The notes under the pieces: model-generated
Seen by the model: the letters and a program-made list of their open reading frames with translations, nothing else
Databases searched by the model: none
Told to the model about the DNA's origin: nothing
Part shown: piece by piece, positions 24,301-36,443 of the stretch
Layout of the letters: every line of letters begins with the position of its first letter
Numbering within the stretch: position 1 is the first letter of the stretch
NCBI GenBank assembly: GCA_905178155.1
Contig: CAJINV010000004.1
Coordinates: forward strand, 5,492,734-5,556,733
Source of the DNA: Amoebophrya sp. A120
Taxonomy: Eukaryota; Protista; Dinoflagellata
DNA length: 64,000 bases
Reading direction: 5' to 3'
Translations under genes and position numbers: made by a program

Positions 24301-27300
24301 GTACCAGCCGTCCGCGGCTGCGCCATCCTCCAGAGCAGGGGCCGACGGGCTACCGGGGCGAAATGACGGCTGGGAAAACATGCACTCCAAAACGCGCATT
24401 TGTAGCTTTTGGATGAAGGGGCTGTGTTCGCGGGGCTCTGCTTGCGGGTTTGCGCATGGTCGGGCGCAACTGCGACAGCAACCGGACCTCTACAAAACCA
24501 AGCGCTGCGCGTACTTTTGTTTTATAATTTGCAGCGGAGGAGGAACATATGAAAAGCACAACTTCTAATATCGTACTCATCAACCAAAGCCTACGCCTAA
24601 ATGTTGGTTTATGAAACGCAATAGCGAATCCAATTTTTACGGTCGTAAAAAGTGAACCAATATTACAAGACTCGCTACATGGTTTCGGTTTGTAAAAGAC
24701 AACGGAACGCAGGAATGTTGCCTAGTGATATTATTTTACTGGCAAAAAACAACAGGACTTTCGACCGATATGGCCACTGCCAGGCTGGAGAAAATTGTAG
24801 ATTTGCTCACGGTGGTGACGAGCTGCGACGTATAGCTCCAAAAATTTTTCTTGGGTTCTTTATTTTTTTTTTCCCCACAGCACCGCTCTAGCGACTGCGA
24901 CGAGACCATGGAAAAACATAGTTGCTTGTGGAAGAAAAAAAAAATACTAGCGTAGAATAGAAGCTGCAAACCACGACCGCTAGGATGAGCTCGTGAACAA
25001 CCACTCAATCAATTTTCCAACGCAATAATTATGATATACAACTCACAAATCAAATCAAAATCTACAATTTAGGACCCTCCTTTCCGGGTGAAACATTTCC
25101 CCACCCGCCCGCTTCGGAGCCCGACCTGGATACCGGCTATAACACGCTTGCCAGCCCCGGCGCCAGTCCTCCGTTCACGTTCTCGGGCACAGGACCGGCC
25201 CCCTCGCATAGAAGTGCCGCGTCGTTTTATTTATGGATTGCAAATTATATTTCTGGGTCTGGAAGATTGCGAGATTTGTCATGCTTGTCTGGCATGACAA
25301 AAAAGTTTGTGATGCGTGTCCAAGAAGAGACCCTTTTGCCTGTCATGCAAAAACGCAGTTTCTCATGCGAGGAAAAAAATAACACAAAGAAGCGCAGATA
25401 TTTCTCATGCTTGGCTGTGCATTACAGAGCATTCGCTATTCCCAACACAGCATTACAAGTTTCCAGACCCAGACATTTTTGCAGTTGATATTATTCGCAG
25501 CAAGACCACCACCCGCGAGGCTTGGGGATGCGCCGCAACGCGCAGTCCGCGCCGAGCGCTTTGCACACTTGGGACGGCGGCCAAATGGGGGTCATGAACG
25601 TTATGTCACAGCAGAATTTGCAATTGCCAGCTGGTGGAGTTGTACCAGCAGCAGCATCCTCCGGGATCGGCTCCGCAGCGCAGTACAACACCCTCCAGCC
25701 GCTCTCCGGCGCGTCTAGAAGTCTTTCTCAGGATTTGCCGACTTTGCAGCACTATGTGGAACAAGCCGCGGGCAGTGCAAATAACGGTGGGGCTGCTGCT
25801 GCTACTGGTGCTGCTCCCGCGCACTCTTATCCTCGGCGCCGTTCGAATACCCTTCCGTCCTCGCCCAGCCTGATTCCGTCCTTGGTTAAAAGCCCGGCAA
25901 CTCCTCTTGGACTCCCGGTTGGGGCCGCTCCTGCGTGGGAACAACTACAACCGGCATTTTGCTGTTCTTCATCTTTCAGGGCCGCGCACGCCAAGCAGAC
26001 CGAACTGCACCTTCTCGAGAAGCATCAGCGTGTTCTCGACTGCATTCAGAATTTGGAGATGCTGCAGAAACAGTTGCTCGATCAGGAATCGGCCGCGCGC
26101 GGCGAAGCCGGAGTTGCACCGCCTTCCACAGCAGGATCTTCGCACCTTCAAGGAGATCCGCCTCAGCTGCCCAATCCATTGAGCAAGCCGCATCTGCTGC
26201 GTCGGGCGAGCATGTCCGCGCCGCACGGGCTGTGCACACTGGCCGAGGTATCGCAAGAAAAAAGTGTTACAGTTACACATTGTGTTGCAGGCCAAGCAAG
26301 ACAGACCAGCTCTGTCATGTCGGATATGCATAGGAGCTTCGTTTCATAGGCGTTTTCCCTTAGGATTTCTGCATTGCAAGTTTTCTCTCTAATCCAGAGA
26401 AATTTGTGTTGCTAAATTGACAACAAATGTGTAACACTTTTTTCGTGGGATACGAGGAAGTTGAGCCTTTCGTCGAGCAGCAGGAGCAGCACCCCTTATC
26501 CCCGGCCCTGACATCGGCACTGGCACAGTGCGCACAGCGAGCAGCGATTAGCGGCTCGCTACCCAACCAGCCACTGAAAGTGGTCACGTCTGACGGGGAT
26601 CTGCAGCGGTACCAAGTAGAGGATCCCGAGTATGGTACAGAAAAAAGCTAGCAGAGGTTGCATATTTTTTGTAAAAAGTAGTACCCAAAAATAGTTAGGT
26701 AGGTACATAATTTGTTGTTGCCTCAGTAGTTGGTTTTGCACTAGTACATCGAATGTGCTGCCCTCCTGCTAGTTTTTTTCTCTGGGACACGGAGCTGGAG
26801 CAGCTGCGGGCGGGTCTGAGAATGCTGCAGGTCAATAAAACGACGTCGACCACAAGCAGCAGTTCGTGGGAGGGGCGACAGCCGCAACAGGAGGCACAAC
26901 AGCAGCGCCAAGTTGCTCCGCACAGCGATGTTGTTGCACCAGGAGCCGGCACAACGACAACGACTCCAGTCGTGCAACATGAAAATACACGACAGCCCGC
27001 CCACCTGTCTCGCAGCGCGTCAAGCGGATCGCTTTTACAGCAGAAGAGCATGCGGCTCGACGTTGCACCCGAAGCGGGGGAGCCCCGCCCACGCGCGCGG
27101 ACGCACGATCACTTAGGTCCCATGTTGCACGACTACAGGGACTATGCAGGAGACTCAGGAACAGCAAGCACAGGGACGACTACAACAGCACGGGACAACG
27201 AGCATATATCAAGCACGCCTGGAGTTGCACAACAAGATCCACATCAGAGTCGCTTCTCCGACTTTTCCCTGAGCGAATCCCTCTCCAACGTGCTGAGTGA

Positions 27301-28156
27301 CCTAGGATGCGGCACGGCGGGCGGTCGGGCCGCAAAGTTGGGAGGAGGAGGACCTTGGGCGTCGCTGGGTGGAGCAGATGGTGCTAGTGGTATTTTGTCC
27401 GCAGCATCTCCTTGTTCCGACATCGCGAATCACATGAGCATGCTGTGCGGCTTCCAACCGCGGAAAGCACCGCAGCCCTTCGTGGGCGTCGATCCCGACG
27501 GAATCAGGAAGGGGGTAAGAGTATTATACAGAAGGATTGACTTGACAATAGTTATGAAGATTGTTTGATTATTTTGCGAGATTTTTACTACTCGTCATCT
27601 TCTCCATGGAGAACACAAACAAACAATCTTTGTGTGGTCGTCCTACGCACGAGATGACAATCGCATTTGAAAACATAATGAGTCAACATTTTTCATCCCA
27701 GCCTGTGCACAAGAACGCGCACCCGATCTACATCGTCCCGCGAGAGGGGCTCGTCGAAGAGGCCAAGAAGATCGAGTATCAAACTGAAAAATGCCCCACC
27801 CACGAACTTGGCAGCATTTGTGTTGCAAACCTTTCGAATAGAAACATTCCCCGTCTTGCATATATCAGCATCACAAATTTTCCATGCTGCATACCTAAAA
27901 TTTGTATTGCAAAGAGCCCAGCTTCAGTCGGATCTCTTATGCAAAAGATACCTTGATCGCCTAGATTCTGCATCAGAAAGAATCGTAGTCCTTCCATGCA
28001 AGACAAAAACTTTTCTTTCGGAAAGTTTGCATCAGAAACTTCTGCAAGTTCTGGGGTGGGGGCATTTTTCGTTGTAATATCCAGCAGGAGATGTTTAAGG
28101 AACTCAAGGAGCAGGGGATGTTGAAGCTCCCCGAAGCCGCACCTCCAACTCCGTAG
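21334..28156 (+). CDS. Tandem CCCH zinc-finger (TIS11/TTP-like) RNA-binding protein, mostly low-complexity; ~12 exons
   Basis: KTRICSFWMKGLCSRGSACGFAHG and, across GT-AG intron 24511-24755, YKTKRCATFDRYGHCQAGENCRFAHG. Frame is continuous after removing 8 introners and GT-AG introns 24511-24755, 24830-25072 and 27515-27701; stop TAG 28154-28156. Confidence 0.8.
22321..22574. mobile_element. Introner family A
   Basis: Family A TIR; TSD CATCT; frame restored. Confidence 0.9.
22621..22881. mobile_element. Introner family A
   Basis: Family A TIR; TSD GCCGA; close copy of 62369-62629. Confidence 0.92.
23029..23248. mobile_element. Introner family B
   Basis: TATCACTGTGCACAAC...GTTGTGCACTCTCATA; TSD CGCCG. 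Confidence 0.9.
23644..23834. mobile_element. Introner family F
   Basis: TATGCATTG...CAATGCATA; TSD GTGCG/GTGCA; frame restored. Confidence 0.85.
25232..25490. mobile_element. Introner family A
   Basis: Family A TIR; TSD TTATT. Confidence 0.9.
26249..26452. mobile_element. Introner (singleton TIR type)
   Basis: TATCGCAAGAAAAAAGTGTTACA...TGTAACACTTTTTTCGTGGGATA; TSD CGAGG. Confidence 0.88.
26631..26789. mobile_element. Introner (singleton TIR type)
   Basis: TATGGTACAGAAAAAAGCTAGCAG...CTGCTAGTTTTTTTCTCTGGGACA; TSD CCGAG/CGGAG; frame restored. Confidence 0.8.
27777..28079. mobile_element. Introner family C
   Basis: TATCAAACTGAAAAATGCCCC...GGGGCATTTTTCGTTGTAATA; TSD TCGAG/TCCAG. Confidence 0.9.
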
Positions 28157-30529
28157 CAATAGTATCTATTTTTCAGACTCACTAAGGATTACACGCAAGA
28201 AATATATCGCAATCTTGAACGCAAAGAAAAGCGCAAGTTGCAGCGAATCGCGGCCGACGCAGGACCGATTCGAGGAGCTTGGCGTGAAAGAAATGAGGCC
28301 ATAAACGAAATCCGTGAACTTATCGATAGTCAGCCCGAGTATGCTCATCTCAAAGAGCAACAGCGCCAGCGAATCGCCCAGGATTTGTTTAGTCAGGCTC
28401 AGATCGATCCCGAGGGGCCGATCGAGCAGGATGAAGAACTTAGCAACTTAGTTTATCCCTTTCTGTGTCCAGACTGGGAAAAGCATGAAGTAGCTTTTTG
28501 CTTCAAGGCTACCATCGCGTCAGCTTCTGTGAAAGATTCGGAAGTTGATAATCAGCCCGACTGGGTTGCAGCGATCGGTAAAGAAGTGCAAGCGCACTCG
28601 CACGTATTCCGAGCCGCCACCAGTGAAGAAATTCAAAACTGGATGGCTGAAGGCAATAGATTTATTCCTTGCCGCATGATTCTCAGCGTGAAACGCGACC
28701 AGAGAAAGAAATGCCGGATCGTGTGCCTGGGTTACATGGGCTATGTTTCCAGCCACGAAGGAAAATTTGCAGAAGTGCCGGACCTATGCATTTTGCGTCT
28801 GCTTGTCGCAATCTGCTGCCAGAATCCGAATATCTGCATGCTGCCCGCGGATGCCCGCAATGCATTTTTGCAGTCGCGTTGCCCTGCTTTTGTTTTAGTA
28901 GCGTTAGACGAACGATTGCAGAAACAGCTCGGATATAAGTACGCCGTTGTTTTGTATGCCCTCAATGGCTTGCGCCTCTCGCCCGTTGCTTGGTCGAGAC
29001 ATCGCGACGAAAAGTTGCTGGAAGTAGGATGGGCTCGCAACCCATGCGAGCCAACGCTTTGGCATAAGCAGGATGTAATCTTAATTGTCTTCGTTGACAA
29101 TTTTTGGTTCTTCGGCCCGCGCGCCTCCTGTGAAAAAGCCAGGCAAGACCTAGAAGTGCCTCTTCGTCTGTTTCTTGAAGAAGTTAAAGAAACAGCTACG
29201 CGCCGTATCTATGACTTGCTCAGTATTGCGCTGCTGCAGGACAAAAATACTGGCGATATTACTTTATCCCAGGATGCGTACGTGACTAAGGCTTTAGAGC
29301 GGTTCGGCGGGAATATAAATGGGAAGCCAGCACTGAGCCCCATGTCAACCGCTCCAAACCCTTCGAACGAAGAGAAGCCCGCACTTTTAAAGTTAAAGCA
29401 GGAATACTGTGGCACTTTGAACTACCTTGCCACTAGCACGCGCCTTGACATCGTAGTAGCATTGAAATTCTGTGCAAAAGCAAAAGCGAACGAAGAAACG
29501 CTGACCGCGTTGAAGCGTATCTTTCGTTACTTGCGTACGCGCCGAGTTCTTGTCTACAGGAACAAGCAAGAAATCTTGAAAGGCAAGCTCACTCTAAGCG
29601 GTCTTTTGCTCCCTGTGTACTTTGAATCTGCCTCCAACAAGTCAAACGGATTGACAAAAGTTTGCGTTGGAGTAGAGCACACAGCATTTTGCCGCATGAA
29701 TGGAATCACTGAAATGCAGTAAAAAACAACTATACTTTCAGGAACGTCGTAGCGGAAAACTGGATTTGAAGAATCTAACTCCGATGGAGTTCCGGTCTGA
29801 CGAAGACGGAACGCCGGAAAATTAAATTCCAAAACCCGAAGAGGAGAATGCACACCATCAAAAATTGGGTGATGTAGCTCCACGGGTATCAAGACCGTAA
29901 AAGCACGAGGAGAGCGGTGGATGTAGAGTCGATACGATTTGAACTGTAATCGTCTACCCTTATCTAGCATGCCACCGGGCTTCACTCGTAGCAACAAGTT
30001 CTTTCTTCTAAAAGTACACTGTCGATACACATTCTAGTACTATAATTTTGAAGAAAAGAAATCAATTGTAGATACACGAAAAAAGAGTTTATCGCTCTGT
30101 TTCCATTTTCTGAAGGACATTCTATTGGACTAGGAGCCGGGGAGGTTATTGCGCGGTAATCGCCTAGTGCTCCAAGATCCAATGTGAATGATCCAAGTAT
30201 ACGATGACACAGGATGGAAATCAGATGAGTGATCATGTGCATAAGATTACACCTAATCGTATGATGCACACAGAGACAGTATAAGAAACTGTATGAGAAA
30301 CTAAGTGGTTTGTAATGCATGTGATGCAACACAACCCTACAGAGACCAGCCTTAATGGCTAAAGAATAAGAAAATAAATTTCCGTGACACACAAGCAAAG
30401 CTACCCACACAAGGTACCAAATAGGCATTACAGATTGTTCTACTTGGATCGTTTCTTGTTTGGGTCTTGGTCTTCGCACGTTCACACTCCCCGAAGCCAC
30501 ACCTCCAACTCCGTAGCAATAGTATCTAT
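28127..30529 (+). repeat. 43-bp direct repeat (28127-28169 and 30487-30529) bracketing a 2.3-kb insertion
   Basis: CTCCCCGAAGCCRCACCTCCAACTCCGTAGCAATAGTATCTAT, one mismatch; includes the stop codon of the CCCH gene. Confidence 0.92.
28238..29722 (+). pseudogene. pol: Truncated Ty1/copia reverse transcriptase (RVT_2) fragment
   Basis: W.AA..KE, KCRIVCLGY, DARNAFLQ, ALNGLRLSP.AW, FVDN (YVDD motif altered), LSQDAYV..AL.RF, G.LNYLA..TRLDI and LKRIFRYL. No gag, integrase, RNase H or LTR recognised. Confidence 0.88.
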
Positions 30530-30841
30530 CCGTTGCAAATACAAGTCTGGGTCGGCGTTGATGCAAACTTGTGATGCGAGCTCTGCGAAGATTGTCGTAA
30601 AAATTTGTCTTGCACGAACAGCGGAATTATATGTGCGTCGATTGGTTGTCAATCTCAATCTGAGAATTATGGACGATTTCGCATGCGGAATCGGGATGTT
30701 GGGAGAGCACCGTCATGCGCGATGCCTGTGATCATGTTCATGCCAGGTTCTCCTGCATTCCTGACCTCTTGGAGCATGAACAAGCTGAATGACAAAAAAC
30801 TCTGCAGTATTTTTCCAGACCTAGACTTATTTGCATTTTTA
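30527..30841. mobile_element. Degenerate introner family A copy, downstream of the CCCH gene stop
   Basis: TATCCGTTGCAAATACAAGTCTGGGTC...TTCCAGACCTAGACTTATTTGCATTTTTA with internal TTGTGATGC; TSD not recognisable. Confidence 0.65.
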
Positions 30842-33800
30842 TTTTATAGTAAGCCACGCCTCCTCACGCCTTGGTTTTGTTCGTGTGCAGTTCCACCATA
30901 AAAGTGCAATGCCATGAGCGAACGTCTTGAATGCTACATAGCATGCCGATAATTCTATATATGATACTTTGTATTTCTCCCCAACGGGATCTGTATGTAA
31001 AAGCAACATTTTATATTTTCAACCTTTCCGCTACGCAAAAATAAGGATCGACTACTGATGCACTCTTTTTGAAAAATGAAACACGACCAGCACCAAGTGC
31101 ATCATCTCCCGTGAAGACCAGCTTGAATGAAAAACTTCCGCACATGTTGCTTTTTGCAATGTAGTTTTGCACACGTCGATACTGAATAACAACAGATCTA
31201 TGCAACAAACAGTCTTGTAACTATCCTTCTTTTATTTTCCCGTGCAACCAAAATTGTTTGACACCACGAAAGAGTGGCTAAGAGTGGTTCCGAAAAGTCG
31301 GAAACTACGAAAAAAAACAAAATTGCAACTTCTTTTGACTTCTATCTGTAATCACACCTTCTACTTAATGATGATGATCTGTATTTGTATGTGGTATTGG
31401 CGGGCCTGATTAAAAAGCGTTACAACAGAAGCTATTTTCTTGTCTTTTTAATTACTTGACGGCATTCCTATCATGCTGTCATGACCACCTTCCCAGCGGC
31501 GCCGGCGAAGCTCGACTTAGAGTTTTCGTAGCGGTTCATGTCCGTTGGAAAGACCCAGCCAAAAAAAAGTGGGGCGAAAACGAAACCGCGCGTGAGTAGA
31601 AGTTTTTGCTTGTAAGAACTACAAGGTGTGCTCTTTTTACGAGTATGTTTAAGGCGGTTCCATTTTCCTTGTTCTGCTTCGGCAACGACAAAACAAGCGA
31701 GCTACTTCTGCGAGTACTCAAGAAAGCCTTTTGAGGACTTGGTAACTAGACTGAGGTGCCGCCCATGCTGTTTGGTCTGATGGGTGTTTACGCGCGTAAG
31801 CGGTCTCGACGAATTGGTTGGACATACTGTGTGGCTCAGCCGCACTCGTTGTCGTGTCGGTTTCGACCCTCACGCGGCGACAGCTGCCTGTCTGGCAACC
31901 TGTCACCGCCTCTTCGTGGCCTTCGCCACCGGTCGTTTGTGCTCGACCCTGCCTCCTTTCGCTGTGCGACTGGGGGTGGGTCTCGGGTACAAAACGACCG
32001 TCCCACCTCGGGGGAGAGGTCAACTTCTCTTGTCCTGGATGACAAAGTTACCACCTCTTGGTACACCATCGGTTCATCTGCGATGAATCTGTGCCCGTCG
32101 GCACTGTGGCTGCGTCTTCGCGCCACGCTGCACCTCACGCAGCGCTGCACCTCACGCAGCACCGTCGCGTCGATGCGACTTTGTGTCCCTCACGACACGC
32201 GTCTGTGGTGCGCGAGCACCCCTTCGCACCCAGTGCTGCCTCTGCAGCACGCGTTCTTACGCTGCCAGCTTCCCCGAGGGGAACCGAGCAACGTGCGGTT
32301 GGACACCGCAAGGCGTGTGTGTTATGCTCCACCGGTGTACAGGCTAGAAGACCTGTGCACGCGTCGGTGTCGGCACTCACACTTCATGCCTAGGGGGCGC
32401 TGCTCTGGCAGCTGCCGCGCCCCCGCCGCCTTGCACTTCCCCGTCTGGTCCAGATAGGGTTGTGTAAGTGCATAGGCCCGTGCGTCGTGCGACCTCGTAG
32501 GTGAGGGTCGGGCGCATGGGCCTCCCGCCCGCACATCCAAGTGCGGCGCGGGTGGCGTCGTGGGTCCAGCGCACCGCTCGTGCGCCTGCGATCCTGACGT
32601 CCTCCCGGGGGGCGCGCGTAGCGCTCCCCGTCCACCTCTCGTGCCACCCGTGGCACCGGCGTGTCCCTCCACTGTGATGTGGGACGACACGCCGTCCTTC
32701 CCCCCTGCACTGCACGGTCGGGCAGCGGCGGCAACGCCTTGTTGCACTCGCACGACCCGCCCGTCCTGCCCTGCGCGACCTGCGCGTCACGCAGGCGTGC
32801 TCGCGTGGTTGCACAACCGTGTGCACACGCTCTCGACCCTGCCTCGCACGCATGCCAGCGGGCATGCGCGCGATCGCCGGCCTGCGCGCGCACGTTGGCG
32901 CACATGCGTGTGCCAGTGCGCACGGCTCGGCACAGAGGCAGCTTCACTTGTTGGCGCGCGCACACGGTCGTGCCCGCCAGCATGAGTGCAGTTGTACGTG
33001 CGGGCTCCTGCGCCCGCACGGCCAGCTCACAGTACCGCACGCGCAGATCCCACCTGCACGTCCGCGTGCGAAGGCCTGTGTGCCTTTGCACGCGGTAAAT
33101 CGAACCTGCCCCCTGGGGGTGCCGTGTGTGCACACATGCAGGTCACGGCGGCGGTGACGCCGTGTTGCAGCGAGCGGTGTCCCCCCTGGCACCACACGCC
33201 GCTCTCCCGCACTACAACGCAGTGACGGCTCGCCTGGAGCTGTGTTGCAGTGCCGCCCTGTATGGGCTGCCGGTTGTCGTTGGCTGCGAGCCACGACAAT
33301 CGGCTCTCGCCCTGCTGGTGCCGTGCAAGGCACCAGCAGGCGGTGTTTCCCCTTGTTGCATAAGCAGGACAACACCACCGACATGGACGTGACTGGCATC
33401 GTCGCATCACGCGCTGACGACCCTCGCGAACGACCTGCACCCGCCCACCGTGGACAGCGGACAGGTACAGTACTACGCTATTAGTTAATCATGCAGCAGG
33501 ACGTGTTTCTTGAGTTAGCACACTAAGCCCGACGCATAAACCACAGCACAATCATCAGGTGACACCCGCTACCGCCACTCGCCCGTGACCATCATCGACA
33601 TGCACGCAGCCACGAACGAGATTTGCAGTCAAGACACCTTGTGTAAATCGCTCCCGAACTCACTTTGTACAGCAGCACAGGAACTTATGCGCACTAGCTT
33701 ACATCTGCCGCTTCAGCTAAGCACTCGCCTCAAGGTGTGCAGGATCTTGCAAGAGGAAAAGCTTGATGTTCGCTCTTCCGTTTTTCGCACTGAGATCACG

Positions 33801-33986
33801 ATCACTTTTTTGACTTTTTGTTTGCTTTGCGCACCAGAAAGATCGCGATCTGTTCCATGCTACCACCAAGAGCACGTCGCGTGCCCGCGGTTTGGATCTC
33901 GCAGTGCAGCGTGCGCTGACAGCGATCACCCTGTCCGATGTTCTTCTACATTGTTAGCAGGATCGCCCCCTCTTTAGCATCAGAAA

Positions 33987-34247
33987 ATGCCGATTAAGGT
34001 GCACAGCGAGCACAACGCTGTAAGGATCGTGGAACTTACATGCCAGTCGACCCTATGCTGGGAAAGAATCGAAAGTGATGCGTTACGGACCGCGCACGTG
34101 GTCGCAGGCCAGCGTGTCGCGATCACGTACTACCGAACCACAGGAGCGTTGTTGTTCCAGGGTGGTGCGGCGCAAAATCATCTCTCCGAGACGGCCCAGG
34201 CCTTGATAGACACGCTCAAAAAGGCAATGCCGGCCGCCACGCTGTGA
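33987..34247 (+). CDS. Small element ORF with a motif resembling the RNase HIII N-terminal (TBP-like) domain
   Basis: VAITYYRTTGALLFQG resembles the T.Y.(S/T)GK..FQG motif; judged by eye only. Confidence 0.45.
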   Translation: MPIKVHSEHNAVRIVELTCQSTLCWERIESDALRTAHVVAGQRVAITYYRTTGALLFQGGAAQNHLSETAQALIDTLKKAMPAATL

Positions 34248-34276
34248 TCTTGTCCTTTTCTCGCTCGCTCGGCACA

Positions 34277-35184
34277 ATGAACAATCACCAGAAACATAGG
34301 AGAACTTGTGTAATGCCTTCTCATCAATTCAAGATGGACTTGTACAGTATGGCCCAGCGGCAGTACATAGTGGAGCACCACACCAGAACCGACACCAAGG
34401 AGAAGTGCGATCGGTTCATGAGCGACTTGCTCGACACCGAGTCTATCGAGGACTTCGTTGACGCCGCCGCAGAAGCTGCCCTGGGCCGAGAGTTCGGGAG
34501 CATGCCAGAAAGGTAATCTTACTGCCCTAGCCGCAAAAGAATACGGCGCGTTTGTGCGAAAAGCCCCCTCATTTGTGTGTTTTTTCAGCCCTTTCTGTGA
34601 AGCCATGTTGATGCTGTGCTCGGTATGCCAGGAAATTTTTAACAAGCAAATTGCCATTTATTTCTTGCTACAGGTACACTGCGAGTCGCCAAGCGAAGCG
34701 CAACAAGAAGTCGCCGGCGCGCTCTCCACCGTTGGCCCTGTGCAGCCAAAATTTGCGACGACTCGAGCAGCAAAATACGGGCGAGAAACAGACTCTGCAC
34801 AGAAATTCCGTCGTGGTGAGAGGACCCTCCGACAAGCCACATGCTGCCGCCCCCGAGCTAACCAGCGAGCAGAAGTGCGACTTACAGAATTGCGTCTCTG
34901 GCGCTGGCGGTTCTGGTTTTTATAACCAGCTCGACTTTGATGAGAAAGTGAATGCTTGGAGCGATCGATTTAATGAGCTCGCAGCGAGAAACTCCTTAGA
35001 GCTAGCAAGTGTGCCGCTAGAGCAGCTGAGCGAAGGCATCGAGAAGCGTGTTGCTCTGATGCATAAGGCAGGACACAGGCCCCGTTCTTGCAACATCGAA
35101 TTGGATTACTTTGGTCAGTATCGCTTTGCAGTGCGGTACGACCAAGGCGAATATAGATTCCGCCCGGCGATCACCGAGGACTAA
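34277..35184 (+). CDS. Element accessory protein, 2 exons
   Basis: GT-AG intron 34513-34673 joins ORF 34244-34516 in frame to ORF 34651-35184 (SMPE|RYTAS). Confidence 0.55.
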
Positions 35185-35590
35185 GTAATTATAGGACTTT
35201 GTAATTGTGCAGTACGTCACTGCTGCCCCTTTTTTGTGATCCACTGCTCTCGCACCCTGTTCGCCCGCAGTTCCACATTGATCAACCATGGGCCATGCGG
35301 CAACGCAGCAGCTTGCCATGCAGCCACACACCCAACAAGAAATAGATCTCATCGCGACGCAGCAGCTCGCAGAGAACAAGTTCCGCGATGATCAAACAGC
35401 GGGATCAATGATCCAGCGACTCGGCAGGATCAAGCAGCAGGATCAAGCAACAGGATTGAGTCGGTTCTTTCTTTGTTGCTTGCGTTATTGCGTGCAGGCC
35501 CGAATTACACGTAATTCACCCACCAATTAGGCTGTTTATGACGGGAAGCAAACTACTATTCACAAACTCAAAGTTAAATTATCAACAAAG

Positions 35591-36222
35591 ATGGCCAAAA
35601 ACAAAAAAAAGACCGCGACACCCAAAGCCGGCGCCGCCGGCAGACGAAAAAACAGTATGGCGCTTTCTATAGCAATTTGCTGTTGCACGCTGATCAGCGC
35701 GCGCTTGTAGAAGGAAAAAATTGTTGTAAGCAATCTGTCCTGGAATATTGATTCGCCCCTACGATCAAGCCACTTGCGTCAGAAAAAATTATCAATCTCT
35801 TTCCTTCAGGTAAAGAAGATAAGCTGCAGCTACAAGAGGAGATCCGAGTAGACGAGCCAGCACCAGCGGACCAGAAGGCCGCGCACGACCCCCCTGCCAC
35901 AACCCCCTTTGCCGAGCGCATGGCCGTATCGGACGAAGCAGCCGTGTACAGCGCCAAAATTCAGGAAAAAGCCGTGGACTACGACAAATCTCAGGAAACA
36001 GCCGTGCACACCGATGCCGCTGCTACAAGCCAGCCTGCGACCGTCGAGAAGGAAACAGCCGTGCGCACCGTGGTCGACACAGCCGTGCATCTGGCCCCCC
36101 TTCGCACCGACCCCCAACCCAACGACAAGGACGCCTTACCGCCATTAAGGAGAAGCCAGGAATTTCTGTACCAACACCACCCGCAATTCCACGCCCCAGC
36201 GACAGGCAACATTTACAAATAG
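35591..36222 (+). CDS. Element accessory protein, or the 5' part of the gag-like gene; basic N-terminus and short internal repeats (E.AV...)
   Basis: GT-AG intron 35655-35809 joins MAKNKKKT... in frame to ...KEDKLQLQEE...; four AGCCGTG-containing repeats at 35938-36090. Confidence 0.5.
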
Positions 36223-36443
36223 GGACGTAGTGCAGTGATTTGTGAGTGAGAGCTGTTTTTGTTTTTGGCGTGTCTTGTCCGCCCTGTGTTTGTGCTGTCC
36301 CGACTTAGTCTTGTCCACTACATCACGGCGTGTCGCGTCCGCCAGCTACCAACTGTTGTCGACGAACAACAGCTGATGTGAGAAACAGTGTCAAGCAACA
36401 AATCTCGTTGTCGGTCCACAGAGCGCTTGCAACGGAGAATTAA

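Noticed and set aside
31756-33484. Many overlapping Arg/Ala/Cys-rich ORFs on both strands
   Set aside because: Expected from high GC and few stop codons; no domain signal.
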